A stretch of 64,000 nt of DNA from Phycisphaerae bacterium (GTDB lineage Bacteria > Planctomycetota > Phycisphaerae > Phycisphaerales > SM1A02), in assembly GCA_002862305.1 (NCBI GenBank), contig PKCS01000054.1, forward strand, positions 7,848 to 71,847, in the 5' to 3' direction. Numbering within the stretch: position 1 is the first letter of the stretch; every line of letters starts with the position of its first letter. Under the pieces are notes generated by a model, which did no database searches, had not been told where the DNA came from, and saw nothing but the letters and a program-made list of their open reading frames with translations. This document shows positions 44,969 to 52,147 of the stretch, one piece after another. The position numbers were made by a program, and so were the translations under genes.

Positions 44969-46341
44969 CGGTCCCAGTCCCCCTTCCAACGTTCCAGCAG
45001 GATCGCCACGTTCTGGCCCCCGAGGCTGGTGGTGAACACCAGGACCCGGGAGAGATCAGCGTCCCTGGCCTCCGCGGGGCCGGAATCCAGCCCGTGCGCG
45101 CCGGCATCCTCGACCCCGATCCTCGCGGGGAGCCTCTGCTCCCGCAGGCACTGGGCCGCGAGGCTCACCGCGATCGCCCCGAGTCCCGCCCCGCAGAGCC
45201 CGATGTAGGGCACGAGGGTGATCAGCGGGATGCGAGCGGCGCGATCACCGAAGACCGCCTTGATGGCACGCGCATCGACGTCGTCCATCTCGGGGATCCC
45301 CGATCCCAGCGGCAGGATCGCGTCGACGTCGTCGGGGCCGCAGCCGGCGGAACGCAGCGCCGCACCGATCGCGTCGACCACCGAGCGATCCCGTTCGTCG
45401 TAGAGCAGGCCCATCGAGTCGCTGGCCATGGCCTGGGACGATCCGAAGCCCGCGAACTCCGCGATGGGCTCGATCCCCCGGTCGCGGGCGCATTCGAGGG
45501 CCTCGAGCACCAGGATGCCCCCGCCCTCTCCCAGCACCCCTCCCGCCGCGTCGGATGCATACGGGCGGACGATCCTCGCGGGATCCACGTCCGGGCCGAC
45601 TTCGGCGAGTCGACCCGCGAACTGCTGGCGAAGCATGCCCATGGGGTTGATCTTGCTCTCCGCCCCCCCGCTCAGGCACAGGTCCGCGTGCCCGCGACTG
45701 ATGACCCGCCTGGATTCGCCGAGGCTGAGGCCGCTCGAGGCCTCCGCGCAGGTGATGGTGTTCGAGGGACCCTGGCAGTCGTGGATGATGGTCACGTGAC
45801 AGGCCAGCATGTTCGGCAGGTACTTCAACAGCCAGAGCGGCGTGAGGTTGCCCATCCCGTTCTCGCCCCAGTCGGCGATGTCGAATTCGCCGTCCGCGGT
45901 GGTGCTGGTCGAGGTGGCGAGGGTCAGTTCGTCCACGTCGGCGGCGATGAGCCCGGCCCCGATGTGGCAGCCGGTGCGGGCGGGCGGGTAGGTGGGTTCC
46001 GATTCGGGCTCGCTCGCCCGCGTGAGGAGTCCGGCGTCGCTCACCGCGACCGCCGCGGCCCCGACCGCGAGCTCGGTGTCCCGGGCCATGACCTTGGTCG
46101 CCTTCCGGTAGCTCTTGGGCACGATCTTCCTGACGTCGAAGCCGTCGCGGGGCAGGACCCCGGCGAAGGGGACCGCGAAGTCGGAGGCATCGAAGCGCTC
46201 GATCGCCCGGATGCCGGTCCGCCCCTCGAGGACGGCCTCCCAGAGCGGCTCGATCCCCAGGCCGAAGGCCGTGATCGGGCCCGACCCGGTGATGAGCACG
46301 CGTCGCGAGGTTCGGCTGGTATGGCTTCGGTTCGAGTTCAT
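44965..46341 (-). CDS. KS-like paralogue lacking the catalytic His-His-Lys residues (chain-length-factor-like partner)
   Basis: Thiolase-fold KS (VLITGSGPITAFGLG, LSGGAES). The AHGTGT position reads PLGSGI and the KSxxGH position reads VPYIGL. A Cys is retained in TCAEAS. An ATGA overlap joins it to the downstream KS. Confidence 0.8.
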   Translation of the reverse strand: MNSNRSHTSRTSRRVLITGSGPITAFGLGIEPLWEAVLEGRTGIRAIERFDASDFAVPFAGVLPRDGFDVRKIVPKSYRKATKVMARDTELAVGAAAVAVSDAGLLTRASEPESEPTYPPARTGCHIGAGLIAADVDELTLATSTSTTADGEFDIADWGENGMGNLTPLWLLKYLPNMLACHVTIIHDCQGPSNTITCAEASSGLSLGESRRVISRGHADLCLSGGAESKINPMGMLRQQFAGRLAEVGPDVDPARIVRPYASDAAGGVLGEGGGILVLEALECARDRGIEPIAEFAGFGSSQAMASDSMGLLYDERDRSVVDAIGAALRSAGCGPDDVDAILPLGSGIPEMDDVDARAIKAVFGDRAARIPLITLVPYIGLCGAGLGAIAVSLAAQCLREQRLPARIGVEDAGAHGLDSGPAEARDADLSRVLVFTTSLGGQNVAILLERWKGDWDR

Positions 46342-46429
46342 CGAAGCGGGATCGTACCCACGAAGGAGAGGATTTGCTGGCCGGGGCGACCTGACGCGGC
46401 GTGAGGGGCGGTATCGAGCCCCTGGCCCC

Positions 46430-47839
46430 TCAGCCCTTGACCATCCGCGCGGCGATCAGCATCGCCATCTCGAGGCTCTGCTCGTAGTTGAGGCGGGGAT
46501 CGACGTGGGAGCGGTAGGAATCGGCCAGGTCCTCGTCGGAGAGCCCCCGGGCACCGCCGGTGCATTCGGTGACGCGATCACCGGTGAGCTCGAAGTGGAC
46601 ACCCCCGAGGATGGTGCCGACCCGGCGGTGGATCTCGAAGGACTGCTCGAGCTCCGCGAGGATGTGGGAGAACTTGCGGGTCTTCATCCTGAGACCGGCG
46701 TTGGGTCCCTTGGCCAGCTGCACCGTCTCGGTGTTGCCGTGCATGGGATCACACGAGTAGAGCACGGTGCGGCCGGTTTCCTTGATCCGCGCCAGCAGGC
46801 CGGGCAGGAAGCTCGAGACCTGGGAGGCACCGAACCGATGGATCAGCGTGATCCGCCCGGGCTCGTCGTGGGGATCCAGGACATCCAGGACCCGGACCAG
46901 CTGGTCGAGGTCCGACGTGGGACCCACCTTGATCCCGAGTGGGTTGCGGATGCCGCGCAGGAACTCCACGTGCCCCCCGTCGGGATCGCCGGTGCGAACC
47001 CCGAGCCAGGGCATGTGGGTGCCGAGGTTCCACCAGCCGGACCTCCGCGGGACGGTCCGCGTCATGGCGGACTCGTACATCAGCAGCAGGGCCTCGTGGC
47101 TGGTGAAGAAGTCGACGCGGTTGATCTGACCAGCCTGTGCTCCGACCACCGTCTCCATGAAGCGGAGGGAATCACCGATGGCCTCGACCATGCGTTCGTA
47201 CTCGCCGCGCAGGGGGGAGTGGGCGACGAAGTCGAGGTCCCAGTATTCGGGATGGTGGAGGTCGGCGAACCCGCCGTCGATCAGTGCGCGGATGAAGTTC
47301 AGGGTCAGGGCGGAATGCTCGTGACCCCGGAGCAACCGGGTGGGGTCGGGCACCCGCGCCTCCGCCGTGAATTCGGTGTCGTTGACGTTGTCCCCGCGGT
47401 ACGAGGGTAGGGACACCCCGTCACGGACCTCGTCGTCCGAGGAGCGCGGCTTGGCGTACTGTCCCGCGAAGCGACCCACCCGGGTGATCCTCCGACCGCC
47501 GCCGTGCACCAGCACCAGGCTCATCTGGAGCAGGATCTTGAGCTTGGCGGTGATGTACTCGGGATTGCATTCGTCGAACCGCTCCGCGCAGTCCCCGCCC
47601 TGGAGCAGGAAACGCTCCCCGCGTGCGGCCTCGGCCAGCTGCCCACGCAGGGCCTCGATCTCCCAGGAGGTGACGAGGGGGGGCAGGCGTTGCAACTCAC
47701 CGAAGACCTCCTCGACCCGGGGATGGTCGGAATAGGCCGGCTGCTGCAGCGTGGGGCGGTCTCGCCATGATTCCGGGGTCCAGCCGGAAGCGACGTTTTC
47801 GGGCTCGTCCTGTGGTGGCGTCTTGGGTGGGTGGTCCAC
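46430..47839 (-). CDS. 3-deoxy-7-phosphoheptulonate (DAHP) synthase, class II
   Basis: WTPESWRDRPTLQQPAY, PPLVTSWEIEALR, FLLQGGDCAERF and KPRSSD; ~470 aa, typical of class II (plant/actinobacterial-type) DAHPS. Confidence 0.92.
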   Translation of the reverse strand: MDHPPKTPPQDEPENVASGWTPESWRDRPTLQQPAYSDHPRVEEVFGELQRLPPLVTSWEIEALRGQLAEAARGERFLLQGGDCAERFDECNPEYITAKLKILLQMSLVLVHGGGRRITRVGRFAGQYAKPRSSDDEVRDGVSLPSYRGDNVNDTEFTAEARVPDPTRLLRGHEHSALTLNFIRALIDGGFADLHHPEYWDLDFVAHSPLRGEYERMVEAIGDSLRFMETVVGAQAGQINRVDFFTSHEALLLMYESAMTRTVPRRSGWWNLGTHMPWLGVRTGDPDGGHVEFLRGIRNPLGIKVGPTSDLDQLVRVLDVLDPHDEPGRITLIHRFGASQVSSFLPGLLARIKETGRTVLYSCDPMHGNTETVQLAKGPNAGLRMKTRKFSHILAELEQSFEIHRRVGTILGGVHFELTGDRVTECTGGARGLSDEDLADSYRSHVDPRLNYEQSLEMAMLIAARMVKG

Positions 47840-47892
47840 GGAGTGCTTTCTGGGCTCGGGGAGGAAGGGACGTCCGAGACGGAGTCCGGGAC

Positions 47893-47976
47893 TGCGGGCG
47901 ACAGGACTTGAACCTGCACGGGGTCGCCCCCACGGGAACCTAAATCCCGCGCGTCTGCCAATTCCGCCACGCCCGC
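47893..47976 (-). tRNA. tRNA-Leu (anticodon UAG), class II with a long variable arm; CCA not encoded
   Basis: The minus strand reads GCGGGCG TG GCGGAATTGGCAGACGCG CGGGA TTTAGGT TCCCG TGGGGGCGACCCCGT GCAGG TTCAAGT CCTGT CGCCCGC A. This gives a cloverleaf with anticodon loop TT-TAG-GT. It closely resembles E. coli tRNA-Leu(UAG). Confidence 0.93.
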
Positions 47977-48109
47977 CTGCACTAGGATGCTACGCAGCGT
48001 ACCCCCCGGTCACAAGCGGCGAGGCCGCGATCGGGGGTGCCGGAGGATCCCCGGGCGGCTAGGATGGGTCCGGAAACGCCTGAACCTGGTCACGGAGCCA
48101 GTCGACCCG

Positions 48110-48778
48110 ATGAGCACTCGAGCACCCTATTCCCTGAGTCCGGCACTGCTGGTGGTGCGGATCCTGCTCTTCGCGGCCTTCCTGCCGAGCGGACTTCGGG
48201 ACCTCGGCACGGTGGAGTACACCGGCGCCGAGGCCGTGCAGGTCCGGAGGTTGATGAATCCGGTCCCCGACAAGCCGGAGGCCCAGCCCGCGGAGTCGAC
48301 CAAGGACGTCGCACCGGCGAGCCTGCGGCAAGGGACCGCACCGGAGCCGGAGCAGGCCGATCCCGATTCCTCCCCGGTGACCGCCCGGGCCCTGATGAAG
48401 AAGGCGATGCTCATCGAGGACTCCGGGATGGGGTCGCCGGTGCTCTTCGCATGGCTGGTGGTGCTGGTGCAGATCGTGGGAAGCTCCCTCCTGTTGCTGG
48501 GGCTCCTCTCGAGGGTGTGGGCCCTCGGGTTGTGCGTCATCACCGCCGGCAACTTCGTGTTCATCTGCCTGCCGGTGCTGTGCTCCAAGCCGCTGATGTA
48601 CCTCTCCCCCACCGGAGACGCCCTGCTGCAGACCCAGGCGGCGGCGGAGCTCGGCCTCTTCGGGTCGTCCCTCGTGGTGATGCTCTGCGGGGCCGGGGCG
48701 TTCAGCCTGGACCGCCTGCTCTTCGGGGGCACCCGGGCGATGCGCAGGGCGGGAATGCACGACGACGAGGACTCCTAG
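48110..48778 (+). CDS. DoxX-family membrane protein with a low-complexity insertion
   Basis: Preferred start is ATG 48110 (MSTRAPYSLSPALLVVRILLFAAFLPSG). There are four predicted TM segments, and the C-terminus GAGAFSLDRLLFG is typical of DoxX. Confidence 0.65.
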   Translation: MSTRAPYSLSPALLVVRILLFAAFLPSGLRDLGTVEYTGAEAVQVRRLMNPVPDKPEAQPAESTKDVAPASLRQGTAPEPEQADPDSSPVTARALMKKAMLIEDSGMGSPVLFAWLVVLVQIVGSSLLLLGLLSRVWALGLCVITAGNFVFICLPVLCSKPLMYLSPTGDALLQTQAAAELGLFGSSLVVMLCGAGAFSLDRLLFGGTRAMRRAGMHDDEDS

Positions 48779-49494
48779 AAGAGCTGTCGGAGTTCGTGGC
48801 TGAGGATCGCGGCGAGCTCGTAGTTCTCGACCTCGAGGGCGGCCTTGAGTCGCATCTCCATCTCGTGCCGCTGGCTGGAGGGGAGCTTGGGGACCAGGAC
48901 GTCGATCATGCTCCTCAGGAGCCGCACCTCGGGGGTGCGCTCGAGATCCCCGCTCCGATCCGCCTCCTTCAGGGCCTGCTTGACCTCCTCGATGCCCTGC
49001 TCGAGCAGGGCCCTCGCGTCGGGAACACGCCGGTCCGCGGGAATCCGGGCGGCCTGGGCCCGGATGCGGAACACGAGCAGCTGCACCCTGAGCTGCCGCG
49101 CGGCCTCCCGATCCTCGGGAGCGCTCGCGCAGGCCATGATGAAGTCCATCACGCCGAGGTTCCGGACCGAATCGGCGACGACCCGGTCGTGCAGCTCCAG
49201 GCTCGAACACACCAGCACCCGGTAGGCGTACATCGCGGCCTCGTGCTGCAGGGCACGACAGTCCTCGCGTCGAAGCACGGGTGGATCGTTCGCCCCGCCG
49301 GGGGATCCGAGGCCCTCGTAGATGGGTGGTCGCCCGTCGGGGCGACCGGTGAGCTCCATCTGGAGGATGCCCAGCTCGACCCGCACCTGGATCCGGACGA
49401 TTCCGGCCTCGTCCCGGACGAGGCGCGCGGACAGCCTCCCGGGCTCGTGGGGCCACTCGGCCAGCATCCTCGTGTAGTCGGATTCATTCACCAT
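48775..49494 (-). CDS. Hypothetical protein with a C-terminal UVR (UvrB/UvrC-type) motif
   Basis: The C-terminus LKAALEVENYELAAILSHELRQLF fits the UVR helical-hairpin motif. The rest has no recognisable domain. Its TAG stop shares CTAG with the convergent DoxX gene. Confidence 0.6.
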   Translation of the reverse strand: MVNESDYTRMLAEWPHEPGRLSARLVRDEAGIVRIQVRVELGILQMELTGRPDGRPPIYEGLGSPGGANDPPVLRREDCRALQHEAAMYAYRVLVCSSLELHDRVVADSVRNLGVMDFIMACASAPEDREAARQLRVQLLVFRIRAQAARIPADRRVPDARALLEQGIEEVKQALKEADRSGDLERTPEVRLLRSMIDVLVPKLPSSQRHEMEMRLKAALEVENYELAAILSHELRQLF

Positions 49495-49734
49495 CTGGAG
49501 TGTATCGGTCCCTCGAATCCGATTTTACGTCCTGCCAGGAGGGTTCCGGCCTGAATTCATGGGATTGCCGTCGTGGGGGGTAAAGCGCCCGGTCCGTCCG
49601 GTCGAAGTGGAATCCGTCCGATCGAGGCGATCCGAGCCCTTTCGAGGTGCGTATCTAGGCCACGTGCGGACGTCAGGAACGGTGCAGGCCAGGGTCAGGA
49701 GCCCCGGTCGTCACGAGGTGCGAAGGGAGGTCCG

Positions 49735-50625
49735 ATGAAGACGACGAGGAATACGGGCGTGCAGTCGGAACTGCAGCTGTACATGCGGGAGGTGGATCGG
49801 ATCCCCCTGCTGACGGCACAGGAGGAACGCCAGCTTGGTTGGCGGATCATCAACGACAACGACATGCAGGCGAAGGAGCTGATGATCAGGGCGAACCTCA
49901 GGCTGGTCATCGCGATCAGCAAGAACTACCTCCGGCGAGGCATGCTGCTGTCCGACCTGATCGAGGAGGGCAACATCGGGCTGATCAGGGCGGTCGAGGG
50001 GTTCGATCCCGCCCAGGGCGCACGATTCTCGACCTATGCCTCGTGGTGGATCAAGCAGGGCATCAAGCGGACCCTGATCAACGCAGTGCAACCGATCCAC
50101 GTGCCCGCCTACATGGTGGAGCTGATCGGGCGCTGGAGGGAGGCGACCCGGAGGCTCGAGGAGCGGCTGGGTCGCACCCCCACCGACGCGGAGGCGGCGC
50201 TGGAGATGGAGATCCCGGAGAAGAAGATCGACATCATCAAGCGGGCGATCAAGGCGTTCAAGACCCCGAACTCGGCCCCGATCGGCGCGGACGGGGAGGT
50301 CCTCGACTTCGCGGAGCTCTGCCCGGACCACGACGGCCGACAACCATCCGAGTTGGTCGAGGATCGGGAGGAGTTCAGCATCCTCCTGAAGATGCTGGAC
50401 AGGATCGACCAGCGCGACGCGCACATCCTCCGGCTCCGGTTCGGACTGACCGGCAAGCAGCCGCTGACGCTGAAGGAGATCGGCAAGGAGATCGGGCTGA
50501 CCCGGGAGCGGGTACGCCAGATCCAGACCAAGGCGATCGAGAAGCTGCAGAGCCAGCTGCTCGACGACCACCCGGGACGATTCCTCGGGGAGCCGGCGAT
50601 GGTGGAGACCCGCCGGGCGTCCTGA
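49735..50625 (+). CDS. Sigma-70 family RNA polymerase sigma factor (regions 1.2 to 4; short RpoD/RpoS-like form)
   Basis: GGGAGG Shine-Dalgarno before ATG 49735. LQLYMREVDRIPLLTAQEE (region 1.2), LIEEGNIGLIRAVEGFDPAQGARFSTYASWWIKQGI (region 2), TLKEIGKEIGLTRERVRQIQTKAIEKL (region 4.2). Confidence 0.88.
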   Translation: MKTTRNTGVQSELQLYMREVDRIPLLTAQEERQLGWRIINDNDMQAKELMIRANLRLVIAISKNYLRRGMLLSDLIEEGNIGLIRAVEGFDPAQGARFSTYASWWIKQGIKRTLINAVQPIHVPAYMVELIGRWREATRRLEERLGRTPTDAEAALEMEIPEKKIDIIKRAIKAFKTPNSAPIGADGEVLDFAELCPDHDGRQPSELVEDREEFSILLKMLDRIDQRDAHILRLRFGLTGKQPLTLKEIGKEIGLTRERVRQIQTKAIEKLQSQLLDDHPGRFLGEPAMVETRRAS

Positions 50626-50648
50626 GTTCCCGTGGGACCGCGAACCGC

Positions 50649-51782
50649 TCAGGGTCGCTTGTAGAACGGCAGTTCGCAGGTCGTGGCGGGGACCTTCGCG
50701 CGCCCGAGGTCGATCTGGAGACTGGTGTCCGGGCTGCAGCAGGCGACGTCCACGTAGGCCATCGCGATCGGTCGATCCAGGGTGGGGCTGAGGCAGCCAC
50801 TGGTCACCTCCCCCACCACCCGGTCCCCATCAAGGACCTGCATGTGCTGCCGCGGCGAACGACGCCCCTCGGGCAGGAGCCCGACCAGCCTTCGTGCCGG
50901 GCCGCGGTCGGCGACCTCCTGGAGTGCCTGCTGCCCGATGAACCCCCCGACCTCCGGGTGCTCGACCCCCTTGTCGAGCTTGACCGCGAACCCGAGCCCC
51001 GCGGACAGCGGGTCGATGTCCTCGGTGAGCTCGTGCCCGTAGAGGGGCATCGCTGCCTCGAGTCGCAGGGTGTCGCGCGCGGCGAGGCCGCAGGGCCGGA
51101 CCATCGAATCGTTCTCGCCGAAGTCCTTGAGGAACATCTCGAGGGCGGGCGTCGCCATCTTGGCGTCGAGGATCACCTCCACCCCGTCCTCCCCGGTGTA
51201 GCCGGTCCTGGAGACGATCACCTTGATCACCATGAGGTCCTTGATCGTGAAGCGGAACCGCTTGAGCGCGGGGATCTCCCTCGATACCCCCCCGATCAGG
51301 TCCATGACCCGGGGTCCCTGTATCGCGCACATCGCGGTGGCGAGGGTCTGGTCGTCGATGGAGACGTCGAAGTCCGGGGAATGCTCCGCGAAGTGCGCGA
51401 TGAGCTTGTCCCGGTTGGCTGCGTTGCAGACCATCAGGTAGGACTCCGACTCCATCCGGTAGACCAGGACGTCGTCGCGGCAGCCCCCCTGCTCGTTGCA
51501 GACCAGCGAATAGCGGCACTGACCCTCGCTCATCCCGTGGATCTGCCGGGTGCAGACACGATCCAGGAACCGGCACGCATCGGGGCCCATGAAGCGGAGT
51601 CGACCCATGTGCGACACGTCGAAGAGACCCCCCGAGGCGCGGACTGCTCGATGCTCCTCGATCACGGAACCGAACCGTAGCGGCAGGTTCCATCCCGCGT
51701 AGTCGACCATCTGGCCGCCGAAGCGCTCGTGGAGCTTCTCGAAAGGTGTGTTTCTCGGACCGGTTTCCGTCGTGCTGCTCAT
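50649..51782 (-). CDS. gcvT: Aminomethyltransferase (glycine cleavage system T protein)
   Basis: Preferred start is ATG 51782 (MSSTTETGPRNTPFEKLHERFGGQMVDYAGWNLPLRF). EHRAVRASGGLFDVSHMG, SRTGYTGEDG, RDTLRLEAAMPLYGHEL. Confidence 0.92.
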   Translation of the reverse strand: MSSTTETGPRNTPFEKLHERFGGQMVDYAGWNLPLRFGSVIEEHRAVRASGGLFDVSHMGRLRFMGPDACRFLDRVCTRQIHGMSEGQCRYSLVCNEQGGCRDDVLVYRMESESYLMVCNAANRDKLIAHFAEHSPDFDVSIDDQTLATAMCAIQGPRVMDLIGGVSREIPALKRFRFTIKDLMVIKVIVSRTGYTGEDGVEVILDAKMATPALEMFLKDFGENDSMVRPCGLAARDTLRLEAAMPLYGHELTEDIDPLSAGLGFAVKLDKGVEHPEVGGFIGQQALQEVADRGPARRLVGLLPEGRRSPRQHMQVLDGDRVVGEVTSGCLSPTLDRPIAMAYVDVACCSPDTSLQIDLGRAKVPATTCELPFYKRP

Positions 51783-51943
51783 GAGGCAAAGGTATCCGGA
51801 CCCCGGGGCATATTCCACTCCCCCACCAGTCGGAACAACCCGACCAGACCGAACCGGGGTCCGAGGAAGCCCCGAAGTCGAGGATCCGGTCGACCGATCA
51901 GCTAGCTGGAGATGAACCACACTCTCAGGAGGAGGGGAAGAAG

Positions 51944-52066
51944 ATGACTCGAGCAAGCAGCGCACGACGGGACCGCGGGACCGGGGAACTTGAAACGACG
52001 TTGGTCAGGGGCGCCATCGCCCTGGTGGCGGTCGGGATGATCCTCGGGGCCCTGTTGGCGGTCTGA
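51944..52066 (+). CDS. Candidate 40-aa single-TM small protein (not in the ORF track)
   Basis: AGGAGGAGG Shine-Dalgarno ~9 nt upstream of ATG 51944. Translation is MTRASSARRDRGTGELETTLVRGAIALVAVGMILGALLAV, with TGA at 52064..52066. It has a basic N-terminus and a hydrophobic C-terminal helix, and lies 80 nt upstream of bamA on the same strand. Confidence 0.4.
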   Translation: MTRASSARRDRGTGELETTLVRGAIALVAVGMILGALLAV

Positions 52067-52147
52067 CTCGGCGGGCGGGCGGCAGAACCGCACCCGGACC
52101 CGGTCCGATGGCACTTGGACAGGCGTGGAGGTATCCTTCGCGCGTCC

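Noticed and set aside
47840-48110. Genomic island or integration site at tRNA-Leu
   Set aside because: No integrase, direct repeat of the tRNA 3' end, or GC shift flanks the tRNA. The neighbouring genes (DAHP synthase, DoxX) look like ordinary chromosome.
51783-51943. Glycine riboswitch upstream of gcvT
   Set aside because: gcvT is the classic glycine-riboswitch target, so I read the minus-strand leader. I found no GGAGAG...ACCGAAGGGGCAA core elements. This should still be confirmed with cmscan.
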